Below, one piece after another: positions 17,762 through 26,734 of a stretch of 64,000 nucleotides of DNA. Within the stretch, counting starts at the first letter, position 1. Every line of letters starts with the position of its first letter. The notes beneath the pieces are model-generated. The model saw only the letters and a list, made by a program, of their open reading frames with translations. It made no database searches and had not been told where the DNA came from. A program made the translations under genes and the position numbers. The stretch comes from an uncultured Acidobacteriaceae bacterium (GTDB lineage: Bacteria; Acidobacteriota; Terriglobia; Terriglobales; Acidobacteriaceae). Location of the stretch: contig CAVVHW010000015.1 of the NCBI GenBank assembly GCA_963748225.1, positions 7,838-71,837 on the forward strand, in the 5' to 3' direction.

Positions 17762-19294
17762 CTATCGCTTATTGGACGTCTCCCTTGCCCGGTTCTTGAT
17801 CCAGATTGGCGTGCCCACAAATCCAAAGGCCGCTCGAATCTGGTTCTCCAGAAATCGCTGATACGAGAAGTGCAGCTTCACCGCGCGATCGGTGAACAGG
17901 ATGAACGTGGGTGGCGACACGCCTGCCTGGGTCATATATAGAATCTTGACTCGCTTCGCCATCGGAACCGAAGCCCGCTCGAAATCAACCTTGGCGAGAA
18001 ACCGGTTCATCTCTCCGGTGCCGATGCGCTTGCGCCGCTCGCGTGACACCAGTTCCAGCGTGGAAAATACCTTGTCGAGATTTCGCCCCGTAGTCGCCGA
18101 AACAAACAACACCGGGGCGTACGACAAAAACTTCAGGTGCCGCCGAACCTGCTCCTCGTAAACGCTGCGGTCCGCAGGAGGCTTGCCGTCGGTCCGCTTA
18201 TCCGTGACGAGATCCCATTTGTTGATAACGATGATCACCGACCGTCCACTCTCATGCGCGTAACCGGCGATCGTGGCATCGCTGGCGGTGACACCTTCCA
18301 CCGCATCAATCAACATCAGTGCCACGTCGGCGCCCTCGAGATGCTTGCGCGCCATCACCACCGACAGTTTCTCGGCCATCAATTCCGTCTTGCCTTTGCG
18401 ACGAATGCCCGCCGTATCGATAAAGCGATACTCGAGTCCGTCGCGCTCGATGAGTTCGTCCACGGCATCACGCGTGGTGCCGGCAATCGGCGAAACAATC
18501 GCGCGCGACGTGCCGGTCAGCGCATTTAACAGCGTCGATTTGCCGACATTCGGACGGCCGATGATCGCGACGCGAGTCTCGCGGGGAAGCTCAGCCTCCT
18601 GTTCTTCTGTCCCCTCAGCTCTATCTGTCATTTCGATTTCATCTGTCATCCCGAGCGTAGTTCGGTCGCCGGCGGCGCCCGAACGGAGTCGAGGGACCTG
18701 CTTTTCGCCAATATCAGCCGCCGAGGCTAGCGGGGTTTGCTCCTCCGGCATCACGCTCAGAACATGCTCCAACAGTTCCGCAATACCGTTACCATTCTCG
18801 GCAGAGATGGGAAACAGTTCCTTGATCCCAAGCCGCCGGAATTCCTCGGCGTAAGGTTCAAGCTGCGGCGTGTCGGCTTTATTCACCGCCAACAACAGCG
18901 GCTTGCCGGTGCGCAGCAGCAATCGCGCGAGGTCAATGTCGGGAGACGCCAATTCGGTTCGCCCATCGACCACCAGAACAATCACGTCGGCCTCTTCCAG
19001 CGCTACCCGCGCCTGCCGAAAGATCTCCGCCGGAATCAGTTGTAGGTCGTCGGGAACGATGCCGCCGGTATCGACCACGCGAAACTTCTTACCGACCCAC
19101 TCCACATCGCCATAGATGCGATCGCGGGTGATACCAGGCTCGTCGCCAACAATGGCGCGGCGCGACCCGACCAGCCGATTGAACAGCGTTGACTTGCCGA
19201 CGTTAGGACGACCGACGATGGCCAGCGTCCCGGCTGTAGGCGGTTCGCCCTGTTCGGCAGTCCGGCTGGACTCAAATTGCATGCGACGATTCAC
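17762..19294 (-). CDS. der: ribosome-biogenesis GTPase Der (EngA) with repeat-derived linker insertion
   Basis: Two G domains (GRPNVGKSTLFN, DTGG, NKAD; GRPNVGKSTLLN, DTAG, NKWD) plus a KH-like C-terminus. The inter-domain linker contains the B-family repeat in frame. Confidence 0.95.
   Translation of the reverse strand: MNRRMQFESSRTAEQGEPPTAGTLAIVGRPNVGKSTLFNRLVGSRRAIVGDEPGITRDRIYGDVEWVGKKFRVVDTGGIVPDDLQLIPAEIFRQARVALEEADVIVLVVDGRTELASPDIDLARLLLRTGKPLLLAVNKADTPQLEPYAEEFRRLGIKELFPISAENGNGIAELLEHVLSVMPEEQTPLASAADIGEKQVPRLRSGAAGDRTTLGMTDEIEMTDRAEGTEEQEAELPRETRVAIIGRPNVGKSTLLNALTGTSRAIVSPIAGTTRDAVDELIERDGLEYRFIDTAGIRRKGKTELMAEKLSVVMARKHLEGADVALMLIDAVEGVTASDATIAGYAHESGRSVIIVINKWDLVTDKRTDGKPPADRSVYEEQVRRHLKFLSYAPVLFVSATTGRNLDKVFSTLELVSRERRKRIGTGEMNRFLAKVDFERASVPMAKRVKILYMTQAGVSPPTFILFTDRAVKLHFSYQRFLENQIRAAFGFVGTPIWIKNRARETSNKR
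18645..18709. repeat. B-family hairpin repeat located inside der
   Basis: gtcatcccgagcgtagttcggtcgccggcggcgcccgaacggagtcgagggacctgcttttcgcc. On the der strand it is translated as GEKQVPRLRSGAAGDRTTLGMT. Confidence 0.75.
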
Positions 19295-19313
19295 TGAGAC
19301 TCTTTCCGCGGCG

Positions 19314-21386
19314 ATGGCCCCAACAGCGATTGCCCCTAGCGGCTATTATAGGGACAAGACTCCTCGCGTCGTGTCTTCCAAACCACAATCCGCCGCACTG
19401 GCCGCACGTTTGCCGTCGCTGTATCAGTTCTTCGGCCCGGGCGGCGTGTTGGCGCGCACGCATCCGGCATACGAATTCCGTCGCGGACAGCTTCAGATGG
19501 CTGAGGCTGTGGAGCAAGCGCTGACCGAACGCCGCCACCTGATCGTGGAGGCTGGCACTGGCACCGGCAAGACGTTGGCGTACTTGCTGCCCGTCATTCG
19601 TTCCGGTAAACGCGTCATCATTTCCACCGGCACCAAAACCTTGCAGGAGCAGCTCTACTTCAAAGACGTTCCGTTCCTGCGCGAGCATCTTGGCGAGCTA
19701 CGCGTCTGCTACATGAAGGGGCGCGGCAATTATCTCTGCCGCAAGAAGCTCTACGATCTCAGTGATCAGCCGGTGCTGAATGGGCTGGAGGAGATCAACC
19801 AGTTCCGCATCATCAGCGACTGGGAGCGGACCACCGAGACCGGCGACCGCGCTGAACTGGCCGACCTGCCGGAGAATAGCCACCTGTGGCCCAAGCTGGA
19901 CGCGCGCACCGACCGCTGCATCGGCTCGCAATGCCAGCAGTTTGACCGCTGCTTCATCACCGAGATGCGCCGCCGCGCTGCCGAGAGCGACATCATCATC
20001 GTCAACCATCACCTGTTCTGCGCTGACCTGGCGATCAAAGCCGCTAAGGACCACGCCCCCGATGCTGGTGTTTTGCCCGACGCCGGTATCGTCGTCTTCG
20101 ACGAAGCCCATGAACTGGAAGACATTGCCGCCGATTACTTTGGCGTCACCGTATCCAATCTGCGCGTGGATGAATTGCTGCGCGATGTCGAACATACCTT
20201 GCGGCGGGTAGATGTCCCGCTCGCCGATATTGTTCACGTGTGTAATGGCATCAAGGACCGCTCGCAATTCTTCTTCTCGTTGCTGCCGCCGGGTGAGGGC
20301 CGCTTCGCCTTCGAAAATCGTGCCGAGTTCCTGGAAGAAAACGGCGACGAGTATCTTGTCCTGCAAAATTCGCTGGTGCATCTCTACACCGAGCTGCAAG
20401 CCATTCCCAACAAGCCTGACGAAGTTCACGCGCTGTCGCGGCGGGTGGAGGAGTTGCGTGTAAACCTGGGGTTCATCCTGGAAGCCGAGCAGCGCAATAC
20501 GGTCTTCTGGATTGAACGTCGCGGCGACCGCAGGGGCGGACGCAGCACGCAACACAACGTATTTCTGCAAGCCACACCTATCACAGTGTCGGACATCCTG
20601 CGCACCACGCTCTTCGAACACTTGGAATCGGCCGTGCTCACCTCAGCGACGCTGGCAGTCGCCGGAGGTTTCGAGTACATCCGCAACCGCATCGGCATCC
20701 AGCACGCGCGCGAACTGATCGTTCAGTCGCATTTCGACTATGAGAGCCAGGCGCTGCTTTATGTCCCGCCCGATCTGCCCGACCCACGCGCGCCGCAGTT
20801 CGTGGAGTGCGCGGCGCAACGCGTCAAGCAGCTATTGGAGATCACGCGGGGGCGCGCATTCTGTCTGTTCACCAGCTACGCGTTGATGCATCAACTTTAT
20901 GAGCGCTTGCTGGGCGAGTTGGAGTTTCCCATGCTGTTGCAAGGCAGTGCGCCCAAGAATGCGCTGCTGGAAGAGTTTCGGCTGACGCCGAACGCAGTGC
21001 TTTTTGCGACGTCGTCGTTTTGGCAAGGGGTTGACGTCCAAGGCGAGCAGCTCAGTTGCGTCATCATCGACCGGCTACCGTTTGCGGTTCCGAACGATCC
21101 CGTGGTAGCCGCGCGAATCAAAGCCATCGATGAAGAGGGCGGCAATGCCTTCTTCCAGTACCAGGTACCCGGCGCCGCGCTGGCGCTGAAGCAAGGCTTT
21201 GGCCGGCTGATCCGCTCGCTGCACGATCGTGGCCTGCTCTGCCTGCTCGATAATCGCATCCTGAAGAAGCAGTACGGGCGCGTCTTCCTCGACAGCCTAC
21301 CGAAGTACGGACGTACGACGGACATCCAGGCGGTGGAGAGGTTCTTTGGCGTGAACTCGCAGGACGAGAAAATTCACCCGACCTAA
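19314..21386 (+). CDS. DinG/Rad3-like ATP-dependent DNA helicase (Fe-S type)
   Basis: Walker A AGTGTGKT, DEAH box FDEAHELED, Cys cluster CRKK...CIGSQCQQFDRC, and a C-terminal helicase domain (QGVDV...). The start is uncertain. The listed ORF start at 19116 overlaps der. Confidence 0.85.
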   Translation: MAPTAIAPSGYYRDKTPRVVSSKPQSAALAARLPSLYQFFGPGGVLARTHPAYEFRRGQLQMAEAVEQALTERRHLIVEAGTGTGKTLAYLLPVIRSGKRVIISTGTKTLQEQLYFKDVPFLREHLGELRVCYMKGRGNYLCRKKLYDLSDQPVLNGLEEINQFRIISDWERTTETGDRAELADLPENSHLWPKLDARTDRCIGSQCQQFDRCFITEMRRRAAESDIIIVNHHLFCADLAIKAAKDHAPDAGVLPDAGIVVFDEAHELEDIAADYFGVTVSNLRVDELLRDVEHTLRRVDVPLADIVHVCNGIKDRSQFFFSLLPPGEGRFAFENRAEFLEENGDEYLVLQNSLVHLYTELQAIPNKPDEVHALSRRVEELRVNLGFILEAEQRNTVFWIERRGDRRGGRSTQHNVFLQATPITVSDILRTTLFEHLESAVLTSATLAVAGGFEYIRNRIGIQHARELIVQSHFDYESQALLYVPPDLPDPRAPQFVECAAQRVKQLLEITRGRAFCLFTSYALMHQLYERLLGELEFPMLLQGSAPKNALLEEFRLTPNAVLFATSSFWQGVDVQGEQLSCVIIDRLPFAVPNDPVVAARIKAIDEEGGNAFFQYQVPGAALALKQGFGRLIRSLHDRGLLCLLDNRILKKQYGRVFLDSLPKYGRTTDIQAVERFFGVNSQDEKIHPT

Positions 21387-21706
21387 TCCCCAATCAAGAC
21401 CACTTCTCCGGATCGGATGGACCTTACTTGTTCGAGACAAGCTTTGACATGAGGCAATAGGTCGCCCATACGGTTTGACCTTGCCCGAATCAGAATGATT
21501 GCGATGCTACGCTTAGCCAGATTCTGTTGGTACTGAACCCCTTTATCAAGGGTCAAGAAGATTTCAAACCCGTTCTGCTCCGCAAGGGATAAGAGTTCCC
21601 CGTTCTTCTTGCCAGCAAGTCCTACCTCGGGCGCAGTCGAGCAGTCATGACCCGCCAGGCTGTACTTGAACTTTCTCGGGACGCATTCGTCGAGCAGGAC
21701 CCTCAT
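21383..21706 (-). CDS. DUF5615-family PIN-like putative toxin
   Basis: MRVLLDECVP... with acidic residues spaced as in Mut7-C/PIN-like DUF5615. It overlaps the upstream DUF433 gene by 4 nt. Confidence 0.7.
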   Translation of the reverse strand: MRVLLDECVPRKFKYSLAGHDCSTAPEVGLAGKKNGELLSLAEQNGFEIFLTLDKGVQYQQNLAKRSIAIILIRARSNRMGDLLPHVKACLEQVRSIRSGEVVLIGD

Positions 21707-21921
21707 CCAAGCTGGCCGACGAGAAGCATCTTGGCGGCTTCGAGCGCAGAAACCGCAGCTTCGCGCGTAACCGTGGGAAAGTCATCCAGAAATTCCGCCA
21801 GCGTCTGGCCGCCCTCCAGATAGTCAAGCAAAGCCTGGAATGGAACCCGTGTTCCGCGAAAGACCGGCGTACCTCCGAGGATTTCGGGATCCTTCACGAT
21901 GACTTGGTTGACCGGCCGCAT
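21703..21921 (-). CDS. DUF433-domain putative antitoxin
   Basis: DPEILGGTPVFRGTRVPFQALLDYLEGGQTLAEFLDDFP is the DUF433 signature. It is paired with DUF5615 downstream. Confidence 0.75.
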   Translation of the reverse strand: MRPVNQVIVKDPEILGGTPVFRGTRVPFQALLDYLEGGQTLAEFLDDFPTVTREAAVSALEAAKMLLVGQLG

Positions 21922-22001
21922 GACCCTATCTTACGTCCAAACACGCTAAAATAGTAACTTCACCGTAACCCCGCCTATTTGCGCTGTTACGGCCGGAGCT
22001 C

Positions 22002-22379
22002 ATGTTTGAAGTCACTGTAGAAGACACCTTTTCCGCGGGACACTACCTGCGCAACTATCACGGCAAGTGTGAGAAGCCCCACGGACACAACTACCGGGTT
22101 CGCGTCACCCTGAGCGGCGAGACTCTCGACCACGCCGGCCTGCTGCTGGACTTTAAGGACCTGAAGGACGTCCTGCGTCCGGTGATGAGTTATCTCGATC
22201 ATCAAATGATGAATGAGTTGGAGCCCTTCACCACCATCAATCCTTCGGCGGAAAACCTGGCCAAGTATTTCTACGATGAGACCAACTCGCGGCTGAAGAA
22301 CGGCACAGATGGCCGGGTACGCGTGAAGGACGTCACCATCTGGGAGACCGATACCACGACGGCGCGATACAGCGAGTAG
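22002..22379 (+). CDS. queD: 6-carboxy-5,6,7,8-tetrahydropterin synthase QueD
   Basis: 125 aa. FSAGHYL...CEKPHGHNY...LDH are the PTPS-fold zinc/His motifs. It is followed by queE and queC. Confidence 0.9.
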   Translation: MFEVTVEDTFSAGHYLRNYHGKCEKPHGHNYRVRVTLSGETLDHAGLLLDFKDLKDVLRPVMSYLDHQMMNELEPFTTINPSAENLAKYFYDETNSRLKNGTDGRVRVKDVTIWETDTTTARYSE

Positions 22380-22419
22380 CCGGAATAAAAGAGACTGTGT
22401 CGCGACCTCGCATCAGTTC

Positions 22420-22620
22420 GCGCCAGTGAAATGAAGCAGGAAAGAAGCAGTCCCTCGGGGCGGAAGAGCTTAGCCCAGCGCTTCAGCGCTGGGGGAGTGA
22501 GAAATAAGACTGAGTCCCGTAGGGACGGCAGAGGTTGCGACACAGGTTCTGAAAGCCCGCTGACTTTAAGAAGAGCCAGTATCGGCGCGGGTGAAGCCGT
22601 GCCCTTTCAAGTCAGTCGAG
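22420..22620. repeat. composite hairpin-repeat array between queD and queE
   Basis: It contains agcccagcgcttcagcgctggg, gagtcccgtagggacgg and the C-family unit ggcgcgggtgaagccgtgccctttcaag (22584-22611). It is related to 4973-5190. Confidence 0.6.
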
Positions 22621-22658
22621 TTCGAGGCAGTCCACACGGGATTGCCGCAATCCCAGCC

Positions 22659-23340
22659 ATGCAGATCATCGAAATCTACAAATCGCTGCAAGGTGAATCC
22701 TCCTACACCGGGTTACCATGCGTGTTCGTGCGGCTGGCGGGGTGCAATCTGCGCTGCACCTGGTGTGACAGCGAGTACACCTTCAAGGGCGGCCAGCGCA
22801 TGACGCTCGAAGAAATCGAAGCCGAGGTGCATCAGCCTCTTGCCCGACGGCGGCTTGGTCGAGATTACCGGAGGCGAGCCCCTGTTGCAGGAGCGTGAAG
22901 CGGTCGCCCTGATGGACCGGCTGCTTCCTCGCTACACCGTCCTGCTGGAGACCAGCGGCGAGCGGCCTTTGAATCGCGTTCCCAACGCAGTCGTTAAGAT
23001 TGTCGACGTAAAATGTCCTGACTCGGGCGAGGGCGACACGTTCCGCATCGAGAACCTTAACGCCCTGACCCGCCACGACGAGCTGAAGTTTGTGATCGCC
23101 AGCCGCCGCGATTATGAATTTGCGCGCGACTTTATCCGGCAGCATAAGCTGAACGCGCTCGTCGGCACCGTGATTCTGTCGCCGGCGTTTCGTAAGGATG
23201 CAACGGGGAATCGCGATGTCTCGCACTGTCTGGTTGACCCGCAGCACCTGGCGAAATGGATGCTCGCCGACGGACTGAACGCACGGCTGGGGCTGCAAAT
23301 TCACAAGTTCATTTGGGAGCCTTCGCTGAAAGGGGTTTAG
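22659..23340 (+). pseudogene. queE: 7-carboxy-7-deazaguanine synthase QueE with an apparent +1 frame break
   Basis: Frame 0 reads MQIIEIYKSLQGESSYTGLPCVFVRLAGCNLRCTWCDSEY...MTLEEIEAEV. The rest (GGLVEITGGEPLLQ...IHKFIWEP) is in frame +1, starting around 22830-22850. The length of 682 nt is not a multiple of 3. Confidence 0.8.
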
Positions 23341-23354
23341 AGACCGAAATCGCT

Positions 23355-24065
23355 ATGCACGATCAGGCACAGGTAGTAGTGGCACTTAGCGGAGGCATGG
23401 ATTCGTGCGTCTGCGCGGCCCTAGCGGTGCGCGACTTCGGAGCTCCCGCTACCGCTGCGCTGCACATTAGCTACGGGCAACGCACCGAAGCCCGGGAACT
23501 GGCTTCGTTTCAGGCGATTTGCGATCGGCTCCAGATTCCCCAGCGTCTCAGCGTTCGTACGCCGTTCTTTCGCGCGATTGGGGGCTCCGCCCTCACCGAC
23601 GACAAAATCTCCATTCCCGATGCCGGCCCGGAGATTGGCGCGCACATACCCGTCACTTACGTTCCCTTTCGCAATGCGCACTTCCTGTCGGCCGCCGTGA
23701 GCTGGGCCGAGGTGCTGGGCGCAACCACAATCTACATTGGGGCCGTGCAGCAGGATAGCTCGGGATACCCCGATTGCCGTCCCGAGTTCTACCGGGCATT
23801 CAACGAATTAATCCGGGCGGGCACCAAGGAAGGAAAAATTCGCGTCGAAACCCCCTTGATCGCGCTGCGAAAGGCCCAGATTGTGACGCTTGGCCTTGAA
23901 CTGAACGCGCCCTTCCATTTAACTTGGTCATGCTACGGCGCGGAAGACAAGGCTTGCGGCACCTGCGAGAGTTGCGTGTTGCGGCTGAAGGCCTTCAGCG
24001 CAGTGGACGCGGTGGATCCTATTTCCTATGCTTCGCAAACCGCGGTTCAGTTTCGCAGTCCATAA
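23355..24065 (+). CDS. queC: 7-cyano-7-deazaguanine synthase QueC
   Basis: PP-loop VVALSGGMDS, conserved YVPFRN, and a C-terminal zinc cluster CYGAEDKACGTCESC. Start taken at MHDQAQV. Confidence 0.92.
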   Translation: MHDQAQVVVALSGGMDSCVCAALAVRDFGAPATAALHISYGQRTEARELASFQAICDRLQIPQRLSVRTPFFRAIGGSALTDDKISIPDAGPEIGAHIPVTYVPFRNAHFLSAAVSWAEVLGATTIYIGAVQQDSSGYPDCRPEFYRAFNELIRAGTKEGKIRVETPLIALRKAQIVTLGLELNAPFHLTWSCYGAEDKACGTCESCVLRLKAFSAVDAVDPISYASQTAVQFRSP

Positions 24066-24116
24066 TCTTGATTCTAGTAAAGCAGTCATCATTCCGTTTC
24101 ATGGGTTGGAGGAAAA

Positions 24117-25184
24117 ATGAAGAAACATATTTCCTTGGTAATATTGCTGACGTTCTTGGTGGGCATCTGCGCCGTTCCGGTGTGGGCGCAGTTCACCGGT
24201 ACAGTTAAAGGCACTGCCAAGGACGACAACGAAAAGCCGATCGCCGGCGCTACCGTAGAGCTCAACAATCTCGAAAACGGAGCGAAAGTCACTCTAAAGA
24301 CCAACGCTAAGGGCGAGTATTTTTCGATTGGGGTGGCGCCGGGCACGTACAAGTTCAACCTGATCCAGGACGGCAAGGTAATCGATTTTTACGACAAAGT
24401 GCCGGTCCAAGCGGGCGCAGAGCGCGAGGTCAATTTCGACCTTGCTAAGGAAAGAAAGCAGGCCGCCCAACAGGCCGGCATTACTCCAGAGCAGCAGGCA
24501 AAGATTGCAGAGGCCCAAAAACAGAATGAAGCTATCAAAGGGCTGAACGCGGAGTTAGCTCAGGCCAGAGATTTGCAAAAGGCCGGCAACTACGACCAAG
24601 CCATTGCCCTCTTGCAGCCAACCGCACAAGCGAACCCTAACCAAGACCTGCTTTGGGCGAACTTGGGCGAGGCGCAACTCGGCGCCAAGAAATATACCGA
24701 CGCAGTTGACTCGTATCAAAAGGCGATTGCGCTCAAGCCGACCTCCGGGCCTTACCACAGCGGACTGGCCGATGCCTACGCGCGGTCGGGTCAAACCGAT
24801 AAAGCCGTACAGGAATGGGCCACCGCCGCCCAGAACGATCCCACCAACGCAGGAGCGTACTACTTTAACGAAGGCGCGGTGCTCACCAACACCGGCAAGG
24901 TGGACGAAGCTATCGCCGCCTTCGACAAGGCGCTGCAGGTCGATCCCAACCGCGCCGATGCCTACTACTGGAAGGGTGTGGACCTGATGGGCAAAGCCAC
25001 GACCAAGGGCGACAAGATGGTCGCGCCACCCGGCACGGCCGAGGCTTTCAATAAGTATCTGGAACTGCAGCCCACAGGCAAGTACGCCGACCCCGCCAAA
25101 CAGATGCTGGCTACCATTGGCGCCTCGGTCGAAACCACTTACGGAAAGAGCAAGACGCCTCCCAAGAAGAAGCCGAACAACTAA
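24117..25184 (+). CDS. secreted TPR-repeat protein with carboxypeptidase-regulatory-like N-domain
   Basis: Signal peptide, then GTVKGTAKDDNEKPIAGATVEL...GEY...APGTYKF (CarboxypepD_reg-like), followed by several TPR-like units (NYDQAIALLQ, KYTDAVDSYQKAIALKP, ...). Confidence 0.8.
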   Translation: MKKHISLVILLTFLVGICAVPVWAQFTGTVKGTAKDDNEKPIAGATVELNNLENGAKVTLKTNAKGEYFSIGVAPGTYKFNLIQDGKVIDFYDKVPVQAGAEREVNFDLAKERKQAAQQAGITPEQQAKIAEAQKQNEAIKGLNAELAQARDLQKAGNYDQAIALLQPTAQANPNQDLLWANLGEAQLGAKKYTDAVDSYQKAIALKPTSGPYHSGLADAYARSGQTDKAVQEWATAAQNDPTNAGAYYFNEGAVLTNTGKVDEAIAAFDKALQVDPNRADAYYWKGVDLMGKATTKGDKMVAPPGTAEAFNKYLELQPTGKYADPAKQMLATIGASVETTYGKSKTPPKKKPNN

Positions 25185-25202
25185 GATTCAATTGGCACGA
25201 AG

Positions 25203-25235
25203 CCCCAGGTGCGTCACCAATCGACGCACTTGGGG
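25203..25235 (+). terminator. 13-bp hairpin after the TPR gene (no U-tract)
   Basis: ccccaggtgcgtc / gacgcacttgggg with a 7-nt loop, 19 nt after the stop codon. Confidence 0.35.
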
Positions 25236-25308
25236 TGAGACTAAGCTCCCCCACCGCCCAACCCTGCCCGCCTCGCGCTAAAATATCTCTTCGCATCGGG
25301 AGACCTTC

Positions 25309-26526
25309 ATGCCAGCTACTACTGCCCGCATCAACCCGCTTTCCTACCTCACCGACCAACTGAACGAACTCAAGCAGAAGGGCACCTACTTCAAGCTGCG
25401 TGTCCTCGACGACGAGCAGGCCCCGGTCTGCACCTTCGACGGCAAGAAGGTCATCAACCTTGCCTCCAACAATTATCTCGGCCTGACGACGCATCCTAAG
25501 CTGCGCGAAGCCGCCCTCGAGGCCACCAAGAAATACGGCGTAGGATCGGGTGCGGTGCGCACCATCGCCGGCACCATGAAGATCCATATGGAACTGGAGG
25601 AGAAGATCGCGCGTTTCAAGAACGTCGAAGCTTGCGTGGTCTTTCAGTCGGGATTTACGGCGAATGCGGGCACGGTATCGGCGCTGCTGGGCAAAGAAGA
25701 CTTCATCATCTCCGACGAGCTGAACCATGCCAGCATCATCGACGGCGCACGTCTCTCCCGCGCCAAGATCAAGGTCTTCCGCCACAAAGACGCCGCCCAC
25801 GCCGAAGAACAGTTGGAATCGATCAAGAACGAGCCCGGCCGCAAGCTGGTCATCACCGACGGTGTCTTCTCCATGGACGGCGACATTGGCGCGCTGCCGC
25901 AACTGACCGCGCTCGCCGAGAAATACGGCGCCATCATGATGGTGGACGACGCCCACTCGTCGGGCGTGCTAGGTCGCAACGGACGCGGCACTATCGATCA
26001 CTTCAAGCTGCACGGACGAGTGGATGTGCAAGTGGGCACGCTGTCGAAAGCCATCGGCGCGCTGGGCGGCTACGTTTGCGGCACGCGCGATCTCATCGAG
26101 TTCCTCTACCATCGCGGGCGGCCGTTCCTGTTCTCAACGTCGCATCCGCCGTCAGTTGCGGCCACCTGCATCGCCGCCTTCGACGTGCTGGAGCAGGAAC
26201 CCGAACGCATCGAGCAGCTCTGGGAGAACACGCGCTACTGGAAGAAAGAGCTGGGCGGCCTTGGCTTCAACATCGGCGGCGTGAATACGCCGGCCAGCGA
26301 GACGCCGATCACCCCCATCATCGTCGGTGATGGCCGCCTCACCATGGACTTCTCGCGCGAGCTGTTCAAGGAAGGTGTGATGGGCACGGGGATTGCGTTC
26401 CCCACGGTGCCCGAGGGTAAGGCGCGCATCCGCACCATCATGACCGCGACCCATACGCGCGAGGAACTCGATCAGGCGCTGGAGACACTGAAGCGGGTCG
26501 GTAAGCGCATGGGGATTCTGGGATGA
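25309..26526 (+). CDS. kbl: glycine C-acetyltransferase (2-amino-3-ketobutyrate CoA ligase)
   Basis: Alpha-oxoamine synthase family: NNYLGL, DELNHASIIDG, MVDDAHS, and the PLP-lysine context GTLSKAIG. N-terminal similarity is to Kbl rather than BioF. Confidence 0.85.
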   Translation: MPATTARINPLSYLTDQLNELKQKGTYFKLRVLDDEQAPVCTFDGKKVINLASNNYLGLTTHPKLREAALEATKKYGVGSGAVRTIAGTMKIHMELEEKIARFKNVEACVVFQSGFTANAGTVSALLGKEDFIISDELNHASIIDGARLSRAKIKVFRHKDAAHAEEQLESIKNEPGRKLVITDGVFSMDGDIGALPQLTALAEKYGAIMMVDDAHSSGVLGRNGRGTIDHFKLHGRVDVQVGTLSKAIGALGGYVCGTRDLIEFLYHRGRPFLFSTSHPPSVAATCIAAFDVLEQEPERIEQLWENTRYWKKELGGLGFNIGGVNTPASETPITPIIVGDGRLTMDFSRELFKEGVMGTGIAFPTVPEGKARIRTIMTATHTREELDQALETLKRVGKRMGILG

Positions 26527-26570
26527 TCGATTTAATCGCTGTTTTTCCCCTGCATTGCCGAGCATCGGAT

Positions 26571-26721
26571 CGTCATCGCTTGTCGAGTTGTCATCACGAG
26601 TCGGCCTATCTTTTTGTCATCACGAGTGGGCTTCAGCCCGCGAGGGATCTGCTTTTAACTGCGCTCACGAAAGCCGTGGGTGCAGTGTTTCGCTTTGAAG
26701 GGGCACGCCTTCAGGCGTGCC
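26571..26721. repeat. B-family (three heads) plus C-family hairpin repeats downstream of kbl
   Basis: gtcatcgc..., gtcatcacgagtcgg..., gtcatcacgagtgggcttcagcccgcgagggatctgctttt (26616-26656), then ctttgaaggggcacgccttcaggcgtgcc (26693-26721). Confidence 0.65.
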
Positions 26722-26734
26722 GTGAAGGTCCATT

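Noticed and set aside
19295-19313. 19-nt gap between divergent der and the helicase gene, considered as an unusual shared promoter.
   Set aside because: Both start codons are uncertain. Der may start at the second Met, and the helicase may start further downstream. The true intergenic distance is therefore probably larger.
21922-22001. Possible preQ1 riboswitch in front of queD.
   Set aside because: Only a simple hairpin (ccgtaac...gttacgg) is present. The conserved preQ1-I loop and A-rich tail are not recognisable, and the region must also hold the divergent DUF433 promoter.
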